Shown: one piece after another, positions 41,941 through 53,850 of the stretch
Position numbering within the stretch: position 1 is the stretch's first letter
Layout of the letters: every line of letters starts with the position of its first letter
Assembly (NCBI GenBank): GCA_964016885.1
Contig: OZ024742.1
Coordinates: 288,176,001-288,240,000 of the forward strand
From: Eledone cirrhosa
Lineage: Eukaryota
Reading direction: 5' to 3'
Length of the DNA: 64,000 nt
Notes under the pieces: generated by a model
What the model was told of the DNA's origin: nothing
The model's database searches: none
Seen by the model: the letters and a program-made list of their open reading frames with translations, nothing else
Position numbers and translations under genes: made by a program

Positions 41941-43519
41941 CCACTATGTTAGCAATAATTAATTATCTGCTGTAGTTAACTTAAAAGATTGTTTTATTAA
42001 CCAGAAAAAATAAAGATATCTTGAGGGAAGTAGTTGAAAGTTCTGCTCAATCTATCAATGTTTTTATCAATTTAAAGTGATACTTCTTCAGTATATCTCT
42101 CATTATTTAATCTGGCCCGTTGCAGTGGACAAAGTCTTTCGGCTACATGTAGCCAAGGTAGCCTGCAGGTCAGTCGTTGATGACTTGAGAGTGGTATTTA
42201 TCGTTGTCCTGCGCAAAGGGGGAGTTAAGTGTGGATGTGAGGCAGCTGCTCATGCAGCCAGGCACTTCATATGCCTCCCTCGTCACCTCACTTTCTAGTG
42301 AAGCTGGGCATGTGTAACGCCTTCAACAGCGTTAGATGGAATCACAATTTAGGGATGTGCTCCCTCTCACATACCTCTCTTATGGGACACCCAGTATAAC
42401 TCTTGATTGCTGAAAAACGGATTCACCTCTGCCACAGGTGTTGGATGACACAACTCTGGGAGGCTCGGTTAAGTCTGTTGCTAACCACCACTAGCGGGTC
42501 ATCCCTGCCTTAAGGCACCTAGGACCTGAGATCAACCCGTCCAAGTTTGAGGTTGTCAATGTGAGCTACGGCGAAGTTGAATTCCAGGATGCTGTACTTA
42601 CCATCAATCTGTCCTGGCTGGGGCTCAGCTGACCCCGAAGGATACCGTCTGCATTCTTGGCTTTCCAATCATCTCGAAAGCCATACGTGAGTGCCTAGAG
42701 ACCTAACAAGGGTGATGGAGAGATTAGACTTCATCAACGTGCACCCACCACTCTTCCTCCTGAGGAACTGATTCAGTCACTCTAAATTCCTCTTTATGTT
42801 ATGTGGTGCACCTTGTCATCCTGTAGCATTTCAACTTGTCAAACTTAATGCCATCATCTGCAATGTTTGCTTCATTAGTAGGCGAAACTCCCCAAAAGAT
42901 TTGGCAGCATTAGCCTCCAATCCATTTTTGACTGGGCACTGCCAGCCTATCTCTGCTCAGTCTTGTTTCAAGATTGCTCAATTCAAGTTCTATTATATAA
43001 TAATTTTTACATACTTTCCATAATATAATGGGTTGCATAGGTTGTGACAGTATAAAGGAGCTTTTATTCATAATTACTGTCCACCTAGATGAGTCAAAAG
43101 GCAACATTTCATTTGGAAGTTCCATTTTCAAAATCACTTTACAGACTGCATTGGTTGCATTTTATCATGACACCAGCACTAAAGAGGTTGTTATGGTCTT
43201 GGCCAGACTAAAAAACCCTCTTTACTTTACATTGTTAAGTGGTTAGTGATCAGAATGTATTGGGCCCAACACATTTTGATCATTTGAACCATTAACCTCA
43301 CCAAATGTGGCTCCAGTCATGCATGCATTCCTAATCTCATCTATCAACTGAAACTGCTTTTAGATTTCTTGCAAGCAGGGAAAAGCGGACGTAAAATGAA
43401 ATGAATGAATGAATATCCCTCCTAGTTTTTTCAAATAATTTTTCTGGCCTACTTGTTTAAGTGCAAATAACCCAAGATGAAAGTCAATTTAAACCAGGCT
43501 TTAATTTACATACAATTCT

Positions 43520-43710
43520 AATAATGTTTCTACTTTTGGCATAAGGCCAGCAATTACCCAGTGCATTATTGGTACTTTATTTTATCAACCCCGTAACGAT
43601 GAAAGGCAAAGTTAACCTCAGCGGGACTTGAACTCAGAAAGGCAAGGGCTGTAGCATGCGTCAAAGCATGGCATCCGATCCTCTACCAATACTGCCAATC
43701 CACCGCCCTA
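43520..43710 (-). mobile_element. Octopus-type SINE
   Basis: Reverse complement of the full SINE from ggcggtggattggcagtat. Confidence 0.8.
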
Positions 43711-44079
43711 TACAATTCTAATAATATAATATACAATTCTAATAATATCTGCTAAAAAGTCTTCTCAACCAAACACTGTCTTTGTTTCTTGAAGGCAACA
43801 TGATGAAAAGGTTGAATAGAAAAGAGAGAGAGCAATGGCAATATGAACAGAAGTGTGAGCATGTGTGGAGGGAGGTACAAATAGAAGGGACAGCAATGAC
43901 AGAATATGAATCAGGATGTATGTGGAGGGAGGGGAATAGAAGGGAGAGCAATGACAGAATATACACTTGTGTGTGTGTGGATGGAGGAGAATAGAAGGAA
44001 GAACAATGACAGAATATACACTAGGGTGTATGTGGAGGGAGGGAAATAGAAGGGACAGCAATGACAGAATACACTAGAG

Positions 44080-45641
44080 TAGCGGTTTCCAACCCTTTGG
44101 ACCTCACAAACCACTAAATTCATAATTTTAAATCCTGTGGGCCACTAATATGAATTTAAAAAAAAAGATAAATACGGCCCTCGCAATTTTGATTTATCCC
44201 TATCTCCAGCTGTTGTGATCAACTTATCGAGTTTCTTGAAGACATCACCCGGATCACTGATGGCAGCTCATGGGTGGATGTTGTGTACCTTGACTTTGCT
44301 AAAGCTTTTAATTTTGTGCCACACAAAAGACTTATGGTAAAACTCTCTGCAATGGATGTGAAGGATGATCTTTTTAACTGTTTGAAGTTTTTCATTCTCA
44401 GTCGAAGAGAGGTAGTCACGGTTCTAGGACAAAATTCCTCACCGTATGAGATGTCATCTGGTGTACCACAGGGATCTGTTCTTGGTCCCTTTTGTTTGTG
44501 GCATATATTAATGACATAGATGCCAACTTAAAGAATGCCACAGTACTGAAATATGCAGATGACATCAAGCTGTACCTTGAGATAAAAAGGACAGATCCTG
44601 AACACTATAGATCTTTCCTGCAATCAGACCTGGACACAATGCAGCAAAGGATCACAGACTGGAAACTCAAGCTGGCTGTGGACAAGTGTACCAACATGTA
44701 TTTTTGGAGGAAAAACCCAGCATCCACATACTCCCTCCACAACACTAATATCAAGCAGTCTTCTTGTGAACGTGACCTGGGCATTACTGTCAACAGCGAT
44801 TTGCGTTGGACGAAGCACATCTCTAAAATTGTCAAGAAGGCCGAGGGTATTTTAGCATCACTCAGCAAGACCTTTGTCAGCCGTTCTCCAGCTATCTATT
44901 TAAAGCTGTATATAGCTATGGTGCGGCCACACTTAGAATTTGCATCACCAGCCTGGAACCCCTATTTTGCTCAGAACATTGACCTCCTGGAAACTGTTCA
45001 GAGACATGCAACCAAGCGAATACCCTCCATCAGGCATCTACCATACTCGAACGCCTTGCTTCCCTGAGCATAGATACATTGAAGCTCTGACATCTGGCAA
45101 CTGACTTGGTAAACACCCACAAAATTATTAACCATCTTGCCAACAACAACCCAGAGCATCTTTTTGATTTTCGTGTGTCTAACACACGTGGGCATGCCTA
45201 CAAAGTCAGAAAACAGCACAGCTCCCATGACTTTTCGAAACATTTTTTCATGTTCAGAGTTGCTGAAGCATGGAACAAACTACCTGCATCAGTTGTTAGC
45301 TGCCGAGACACTGCATCCTTTAAAACCTCCATGCTTCCTGAAATTTGCCAACGCTATACCTGATATTCTCCCTCCATACACACACACACACATGTATATC
45401 ATGACTCATACACTGTTCATTTTCCTGACATTTGTACATTATTCTATGTACTATACATGCACCTTTGGTGAGTAGTAGTGCATCCGAGCACTGTACACAA
45501 TAATTTCATTATTATTATTATTATTATTTGTAAAATAATTTTCAGAGAACTTCCATTTTATTAATATGAAATGCACCTATTAAATATAACAAAATTATAA
45601 ATGCCACCAGTGGTCTGTGGACCACCAGTTGGCGACCACTA
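44080..45641. mobile_element. hAT (Charlie-type) MITE containing a CR1 insertion
   Basis: TIRs tagcggtttccaac / gttggcgaccacta; exact 8-bp TSD cactagag (44072-44079, 45642-45649). Confidence 0.8.
44205..45527 (+). mobile_element. 5'-truncated CR1-clade LINE
   Basis: DVVYLDFAKAF, SGVPQGSVLGP, YADDIKL, ERDLGI, VRPHLEF, WNKLP; (ATT)n tail. Confidence 0.9.
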
Positions 45642-46828
45642 CACTAGAGTGTGTGGGGAGGGAGGAAAATAGAAGGGAGAGCATTGATAGAATACACCCT
45701 AGAATGTGGGTGTGTAGAGGGAGGAACTAATAGAAGGAAGAGCAATGACAGAATATGAACTTTGCAGAGCGAAGTACAAAAATATAAATATTTATAAATA
45801 ACAGTACTTATTTTTTCTATATTTTAACTTTATTTTATTATCCTTTTCAATACATTTAATTATGATAAACACATTTACCAACATTACTGATGACATGGGC
45901 ACACTATTGATATAACAATTGTAGCATTATGTACATGTATTGTTTCAAGCCATTACATCACAACATACTTTCTTCAGGGCATAGCTTCTCTCATACCAAC
46001 ACAATGCCATTTCTGTACTGCCATTTAAGTGCATAGGCCAGAGATCAGCAACCTCTATGTGTAATGGCCCACTATTGTGTTAATTTTGTCCATGATCTAC
46101 ATCACTATCATTTAATGTTTGTTCTTCCATGCTCTGCTTTTGGCATGGTTTCTACAGCTGAATGCCCTTTCTATCACCAACCACTTTACAGAGTGTACTG
46201 CATATATCTTACAAACAAAAACATGAAGTGGTCTGAGGCCTGCAGAGAAAATCTCAATGGCCCAATTGGAGTCTGTGGCCTACATGTTGCCAACTCTTGG
46301 TGTAGGCAATAAAAATAAATGTGGTATTTGAACTCAGAGGAAACAGCCAAAACAAATACTGCAAAGCATTCTGTCATACATGTTAACCATTCTGCCAATC
46401 TCCTACCTCCTGAACTGGTATTTTATCAACCCTGAAGGGATGAAAGCCAAAGTTGACTGTGGTGAGATTTGAATTCAGGGTGCAGTGAAACAGTAAAGAC
46501 TACAGTGTATTTGTCCTACACTAACTCTGTCAATTTGCTTCTACCAAATTCACTAGCATGGCACTGGTTATTTCAAGTCTATAGTAGAAGATACTTGTCC
46601 AAATTGTCATGTAGTGGTATAGAATCCAAGATCATGAGGTTGGAAAGCAGACTTCTTAATCACACAGCCATGCCTGATAGTGGTCCAAGGCTATCGTAGA
46701 AGACACGTCCAAAATGTTATGCAGTGGGACATAACCTGTGACCATGTGGTTGGAAAGCAAATTTCTTAACCCCATAGCCATGCCTAATAATATATAATAT
46801 TGAAAGACAGCTCAGTCTCCAAACAATG

Positions 46829-48274
46829 TTACTCTTTGTCTTCAGTGTGAATCTGTACATGGCTAGAAAACTGACCTTTCCAAGTAAAGTCTTTACCACA
46901 AACATTACAATGGTATGGCTTTTCACCTGTATGGACACGTTTATGGGCAGTTAAAGAACTAACACGAGGGAATTTCTTACCACAGATATTACAGTCATAT
47001 GGTTTCTCACCTGTGTGAGTAATCTTGTGATTAGATAAATGACTGCTCCGAGAGAATGTTTTACCGCAAATTTCACAACGGTATGGGCAATCCCCTTTGT
47101 GAATACGTTTGTGACTTGCTAAATTGCCACTCAAAGAGAATGATTTATCACAAATATCACAGTGGTATGGTCTTTCTCCTGTGTGAACACGTTTGTGACA
47201 AGATAACTGATTCATGCAAGTGAATGATTTACCGCAGATATCACATTGGTATGGTTTCTCTCCAGTATGGAGGCGTTTGTGACAAGATAGTTGGCTTCTG
47301 CAGGCAAATGTTTTATTACAAATATCGCAATCGTAGGGTTTCTCTCCTGTGTGAATACGTACATGGCGAGCTAACTGGCTCTTGCATGTAAATGTTTTAT
47401 CACAGATATTGCAGCAGTAAGGTTTCTCTCCTGTGTGGATTCTTATGTGACAAGATAGGGAACTATTTGCAGTGAACTTCTTCCCACAAATTTCACAACG
47501 AAAAGGCTTGGAACCTGTGTGGATTAATTTATGTTGCATGACATGACTTTTCTGTGCAAATGTCCTTCCACAAATATCACAATGGAATGGCTTGTCTCCA
47601 GTATGAATGCGTTTGTGTCGAGATAGCTCACCTTTCAGTGAAAATGTTTTACCACAGATATCGCAAGGATATGGTTTCTCTCCAGTGTGAATCCATATAT
47701 GAGTTGAGAGTTGAACTTTAAAAGTGAAGCCTTTACCACAGATATCACAGTGGAATAACTTTTCTCTTGTGTGGATGAGCTTGTGTTTAGATAAATAACT
47801 AAAATGAGTGAAGTTTTTATCACAAATATCACACTTGTATGGTTGCTCTCCAGTGTGTGTTCTTCTGTGTGACACTAGTTGGCTGCTACAAGACAATATT
47901 TTCCCACAGATATCACAATGGTATGGGGTTTCTCCAGAGTGAATACGTTTATGAAGAGTTAAACTGTTAATGCGAGAGAAGAATTTACCACAAATATCAC
48001 AGTGGTATGGTTTCTCTCCAGTGTGGATACGTTTGTGGAAATGCAGAGAACTACTTGAAGATAACTTTTTACCGCAAATATCACAGGGGAAGTGTTTCAA
48101 AGCTGTGTGATTCAATTTGTGTTGAGTTAAATAACTATTTCTTGTGAATGACTTCCCACAGATGTCACAAGGGTGTGATTTTTTGGCTTTACGTACCTTT
48201 TTCTTATTAGACGAATCACCAACATTTTGTTGTGTTTCCCCATCAACTTCACTTTCAGACTGTTTCTCTTCCAT
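46829..48274 (-). CDS. Tandem C2H2 zinc-finger protein, 481 aa (16 canonical fingers)
   Basis: All 16 fingers intact; short acidic N-terminus with a basic KKKVRKAKK NLS-like stretch; candidate acceptor (t)10atag near 48508. Confidence 0.94.
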   Translation of the reverse strand: MEEKQSESEVDGETQQNVGDSSNKKKVRKAKKSHPCDICGKSFTRNSYLTQHKLNHTALKHFPCDICGKKLSSSSSLHFHKRIHTGEKPYHCDICGKFFSRINSLTLHKRIHSGETPYHCDICGKILSCSSQLVSHRRTHTGEQPYKCDICDKNFTHFSYLSKHKLIHTREKLFHCDICGKGFTFKVQLSTHIWIHTGEKPYPCDICGKTFSLKGELSRHKRIHTGDKPFHCDICGRTFAQKSHVMQHKLIHTGSKPFRCEICGKKFTANSSLSCHIRIHTGEKPYCCNICDKTFTCKSQLARHVRIHTGEKPYDCDICNKTFACRSQLSCHKRLHTGEKPYQCDICGKSFTCMNQLSCHKRVHTGERPYHCDICDKSFSLSGNLASHKRIHKGDCPYRCEICGKTFSRSSHLSNHKITHTGEKPYDCNICGKKFPRVSSLTAHKRVHTGEKPYHCNVCGKDFTWKGQFSSHVQIHTEDKE

Positions 48275-48719
48275 AATTCTTTTCTGCTCTTCAGATAAGA
48301 AAAGAGTATTGGAAAGTCTTAGAGTTCTTGGAAATGTTTCTAAGACAAAACTTCTCAGTAAATACTATTCTTTAAAACTAAAACATAGTTTTTTGTTAAA
48401 TTCTGTAGAACTCTCTCAATCCAAAGATATTTTACTAACATGGAATTTTTCTTTTAAGTTAACCAAGAATCCATTAATAACTTCCAGTTCTCCAGATATA
48501 TTCAGATCTATAAAAAAAAACATCACATAGAAGCCATATATAACAGGAAATTTTGGCAAGAAGAAGCCAATTTTTTTTGATTATTTTAACAGCATCTCAT
48601 GTGTTATTGATGAAGTCTTAGTTCGGTGCGTCATATAAGGACTGTGGCTATGGCATGAAATTCCAATATTTACATTACCACAGAGGCTGAAACATAGAAA
48701 CGGGAGAAGCTATAGAAGT

Positions 48720-48870
48720 CAGAAGAAGTTATAAGAGACATTATAAGTTATAAGAGACAGTATAAGTTGTGAGACAGTTTAAGCTATAAGGGACAGTATA
48801 AGTTATAAGAGACAGTATATGATACATGGGACAATATGAGATATATAAGGGACAGTAAAAGATATGAATA
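48720..48870. repeat. About 19-bp minisatellite
   Basis: Repeats of tataagttataagagacag. Confidence 0.7.
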
Positions 48871-50234
48871 AGTGTGAGATATAAAGGAACTTTGGATTGA
48901 ATACTTGCAGTATTCGTTTTGGCTCTCTGTGCTCTGAGTTCAAATCCCACCAACATCAACTTTGCCTTTTATCCTTTCAAAGTCGATAAATAAAGTACCA
49001 GTCCAAGTACTACATTCTTCTTCTATATCTCTTTCTCATTTCCTTTCTATTACTCTCCATCTCCTTCTTTTAAAGTAAGCGACTATATCCAGACCTGGAG
49101 AGGATCGGCTTCGCCAGGTTTAAAATGCCAAAGAAACGCTGTATGTCATTACGTCGACCCTCGACCCCACTGGGAGTCATGGATCCATACATAAGATATA
49201 AGTGACAGTATAAGATATGGGAGACTATATGAAATAGTTTTTGTGAAAGTAGTTGTTACTGTGTCTGTGGAATAACAACTTGCACGTAAAGTTTTTCTTG
49301 TTTACAACTCATAGTTAGTAAATTACCACCATCGACTGGGTTGTAAATATAACAGTATTTTTAAAAGGCTCTTTATCATATTCCGGTGTAAAAAGGATAG
49401 CTGTCTTAAATTCATGGAATATTACTGACTGTTTCTTATATCGGCCCAAGGAGAATGAGAAGCAAAGTTGAACCTAAATATTGTTTGAGTAGAATCGTAA
49501 TTTCCGCTGTTTAAGACATAATTTACCAATATATATATATATTTATTAAATAACAGATTAAAGTTTAAGCAAAGAATCGCTGCTTTCACCCTTAAAATAT
49601 TTGCTCTACGGTTCTTATAGATTTATCCTTATCGAGCCCTCTTTGGATTTTAGCCTTCAAATTTATTATTATTACTATATATATATATATAAAAGGTTAA
49701 AAAAATTAATGGGAATTCTTTTGTGAATTAAAAAAAAAATACGAGATAGAAAACAAAAAAGAATAAAAACCAAATTGGATCGTCATTTTTTTTTTTTTGC
49801 AAATTTAAAAAGTTTCAGACTGCACATTCCGTGTAGCAATGTTGTTAATTAGCTTCAAGGCACCTCCTGATCAGAGCCGACCTAGGAGTCAGAAGCGTTC
49901 CAGCCATGACCATTTCGTCAATTATATATATACTTATGAAAAAAATGTTTCCTTATTTATTTATTCTAACGCTTCACCACCCGAAACACCTCTATTAAAA
50001 TGTTCAAACTTAAAAAATATTGGACTGGAATTTCATTAATACTTGGAAAATAATAATATTAGATTCCAGTAGTTAATTAATATTGGTATTTTAGTACTAA
50101 ATATAAATTTTGGTATTTCACTAAACATCTAATGATTCTTCGTTATTTTGACAATTAAAGCACAAAAACAGCGTACATTTTTGGTAGAAATGTGATCAGA
50201 AAAGAGATAAAGACGATAAAGTGGAATTTTTTAA

Positions 50235-50560
50235 TGGCGATTTTGCTGCTGTTTCTAGCAAGTCAAGGGCCCCACATACCATAGCGGCTGCTCCTTCGTT
50301 GGTCGGTGATAATTTTGGTACAATAATTACTATGGAACATAAACAGACGAAGATTTCGCTACTGTTTCTAGCAAGTGAAGGAGCCACATACCCTAGCGGC
50401 TCCTCTTCGTTGGTCGATAATTTTGGTACAATAATTACTTTGGAACATAAACAGGAGATTTCGCTACTGTTCCTAGCAAGTCGAGGGGCCACATACCATT
50501 GCGGCTACTCCTTTGTTGGTCGGTAATTTTGGTACAATAATTACTACGGATCATAAACAG
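50235..50560. repeat. Three tandem copies of a unit of about 105-115 bp
   Basis: gatttcgctactgtttctagcaagt...ccacatacc...aattttggtacaataattact...cataaacag three times. Confidence 0.85.
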
Positions 50561-53477
50561 ACGTGACATATTTCAAGGGTGTTCCTTAAGATAAAACTTC
50601 TTTGTTAACAAAATCACTAACACGGCCTTTAAATTCCATAAATACGTTAACTTTTACTCAATCTCCCTCCCCCCTCTCTGTCACTCTCACTAGATATAAT
50701 CCTATTACTAATCTGTGTCTGTCTAACTCTCTGTATATATGTTTATCAATCGTTGTATGTACACACACACATGCATATATATATATACCTGTATCTTTTC
50801 TTTTGTTACTCCTGACACAAAGAAACAGTCTTCATGTTAACTAAATATCTGGATATATTAGGAATACTTACATGAAGCGGAATACGCAAGATGCCTTCTT
50901 ACTAGTCGAAGCTGATGTCCAAGAAGATTATTCTGGAAAGAAAAAAAACCTAGTAATCTGTAAATAATTCGATCCTAAATCGAAGTGGTGTAAGGGAAAT
51001 CAAAGCCAGCAGTGGAAATATGTAAGTTGGGATAATTTAACAATAAATTACCAGGGGACTTAACTCTACCACTACTACGGTAGATTGGGTGTGCCTGGCT
51101 GTATTTACATTTTCTCATAGTTGAACAAACGTAGACTAAGAAATTGTTTAGTCACAAGAAAGATGGATGGCTGTGTGGTTAGAGGTCTCGGTGCGTTGTC
51201 TTGAGCGAAACACTTTATTTTACGTTGCTTCAGTCTAAACAGATGTAAGTTTAAGAGCAAGCCTTATCACACATTGTGTCATGATGAACCGCTTTGAGAG
51301 TGCATGTATCAATGGAATACTCAGCCACTTGTACGTTAATTTCGCGAACTGGTTGTTCTATTGATCAAACAACTGGAACGCTAATCGTCGAAATCGACAG
51401 AGGCCCAACAACATTTTATGATAGGCAAACGTAGAATAAGTTGTTTAGTTCCAGTCAAACCTAATGAAAGACATTCCAGTCGTGACCATCTCACTTTATT
51501 TCAGTCATAGTGTATTTAAAGATATATTATTCATGTATCATTTCCAATTTAAAGACAGCAGGTGTTGCGAGTGGGATTTTGTCGTTATTTCTTGCAGTTT
51601 GAATGACCAGTCAACATTTCGCATGCATCCACTTTTGAAACCGCATGCTCACGAAGTCTTTAAAAATTCCACTTGAAAAAAAGTACAACCCTTTCGTTAC
51701 CATATTTCTAACGACAGTGCGTGGTTTTCAAATAATTTTGGAACTAATTATTTACTAATATAACTAATTTTCTCATTAAGTTGGCGTTTTTAGATAAATA
51801 TAAAACTCTTCAAAACAAACAATTTTGAATCATAGAACCAGGGGTGTGTATCGGGGCCGCGGTTTACATATTTCTGATCATGAACGTCATGAGCCTAAGC
51901 ATTATCTACAATTTAACCGAACGCTTACCTTCCACCAGAAACTCTCGGGTCTCGAATAATTGCTTCCACCTCCGCTTATTAAATTTTCAGACCCCTTCCC
52001 CACTTATTAAATTTTGCTATCTTATCTCGGGCGAAATTCCCGCGCCAATTCATTTTATTTCTACATTAAAAAACATTATATATGACAAAAAAAGTAGAAT
52101 ACTAGATATCCCATACTTTATAAAATAAAAAGGATTGGTTTGGGTCTCGATGTGTAAACTAAACGACTAATTCTGTTTTTTTTTTTAAAATCAACGGAGA
52201 CATCCTAGAAAAATTACCGATTTTTTACCCCACCCTCACTTATTGCAACCCCTCCACTTATTTCAGCCCACCTGCTTATTTCAACTCCCTTATTATTTGA
52301 GTCCCAAGAGTGCGATTATGGTTTTCTGGTATTCACTTTCCTTTTATTGTTGATTTTCATTTTCATCTTATCATCCCTCGTTGACTCTGTTCTATATACG
52401 AGCGTATATATCCAATGATTTGAAATATGATGTCCAGTTCACGATCGTGAGTTAGATTCCCAGCGACGCGTTGTGCCCTAGAGCTAGACACTTTATTTCA
52501 CATTGTTCCTGTCCACTCAGCTGAAAAAAAGTTGTACCTGTAATAAAAAGGGCCAACCATGTCCCACACTGCCGCGCTGAATCTTTCGGAGAACTACGTT
52601 AAGAGTACATACGTTATGTTCTGTAATTAGTATTAGAATATTAAGCGCAGGAATGGCTATGTGGTGAAGACATTCACTTTGCAACTACGTGATCTTCAAT
52701 TCAGTCCAGCAACGTAGCTTAGGGGCGGGGCACACTCTATCTACGTCACTGGTTCAGTCACATTGCATGACACTATGGACAAGTGTCATTTGTTGTCTTC
52801 TGTCTAGAGCCCGGAGGCTCATCATGCCGGTGCCTATCCCGAGTTTCGTGGCGTTAAGTGACTGATAATACAAGACTTTTCCTGGACAAGACGCCAGTCC
52901 ATCGCAGGGTTAAACCCTCAGCCATTGCTGGTATTCATTTTCAGCTGAGTATACTGGAGCAACGTGAAATGAAGGACATTACACACAACCCAGTCAAGTA
53001 ATAGAACTCACAACTTTATGATCGTAAGTTCAACACCCTTACTACTAGGCCGCATAGCCCCTATATGTCCAGTAATATAGCAGTTCGACAAATAGAGACC
53101 GATAAAATAAATACCAGACTTGAATAAATAAATATTGGTGCCAATATGAAATCCTTGTCCAGTTTAATCACATTTCGCGAGAAAGCTGCAAGGAAACAGT
53201 GAGAGAGATAAAGAGGAGCAATGGTAGAAATATAAAAGAGTAAGAAAGAGAGAGAGAAGGGGAAGCAAGAATACAAAAGACGTAAGAAAACGAGAATGGT
53301 AAATGCGCAAGAAAAAGAAAAAAGCAAAAAGAGTGATAAAGAGGGAAAGAGGATGGTAAAGATGCTAGAGAGAGATTAAGAAGTGATATATTATATGTGT
53401 GTGTGAGACAGAGAGAGATAACTGCTGCATCAATGAGTATAAGAGAGAAACGGCTGTAATAGCAGTAAGGGAGGAGT

Positions 53478-53555
<78 letters not shown>
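53478..53555. repeat. Compound (CA)(TA)n(GA)n microsatellite
   Basis: Seen directly; flanked by a duplicated taactgctgcatcaatgagtataa. Confidence 0.9.
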
Positions 53556-53557
<2 letters not shown>

Positions 53558-53700
53558 AACTGCTGCATCAATGAGTATAAAAGAGATTTGTGTGTAGTTG
53601 GCGGTGATTCAGCAGCAGTTTGGATATTCCATCATAGTATGGCAACAAGAACAGCAGCAGAAGAAGCGACCAGTCAAGATGGATGTATATGTGTTAACGA

Positions 53701-53850
53701 ATGATAGACATGAACAACGTGTGGTCGACAACGTTGTTGCCAACTGACCTACAAGTCAAACAACTACCCAGCAAGACGACCACTCCATCTTTATTTCTAT
53801 GCAATCTCAAGCCAGCAGGCGACACTCAGAACCCGCTGTTTGTGTTTCAG
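53701..53850 (+). CDS. Candidate first coding exon of an unidentified gene
   Basis: ATG at 53701, 50 open codons (MIDMNNVWSTTLLPTDLQVKQLPSKTTTPSLFLCNLKPAGDTQNPLFVFQ), then CAG|GTAAAG donor; non-repetitive and CpG-richer than its flanks. Confidence 0.3.

Larger units (their letters stand above)
43830..45760. repeat. About 56-60 bp purine-rich minisatellite split by a nested insertion
   Basis: Unit gcaatgacagaatatacactagggtgtatgtggagggagggaaatagaaggga at 43830-44079 and 45642-45760. Confidence 0.8.

Noticed and set aside
49078-49092. GATATAGTC on the minus strand resembling the group I intron S element
   Set aside because: No matching R, P or Q elements and no host gene; likely chance
50235-50560. 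Regular repeats resembling a CRISPR array (also 39355-39930 and 43830-44079)
   Set aside because: Whole units repeat without unique spacers; eukaryotic context; no cas genes
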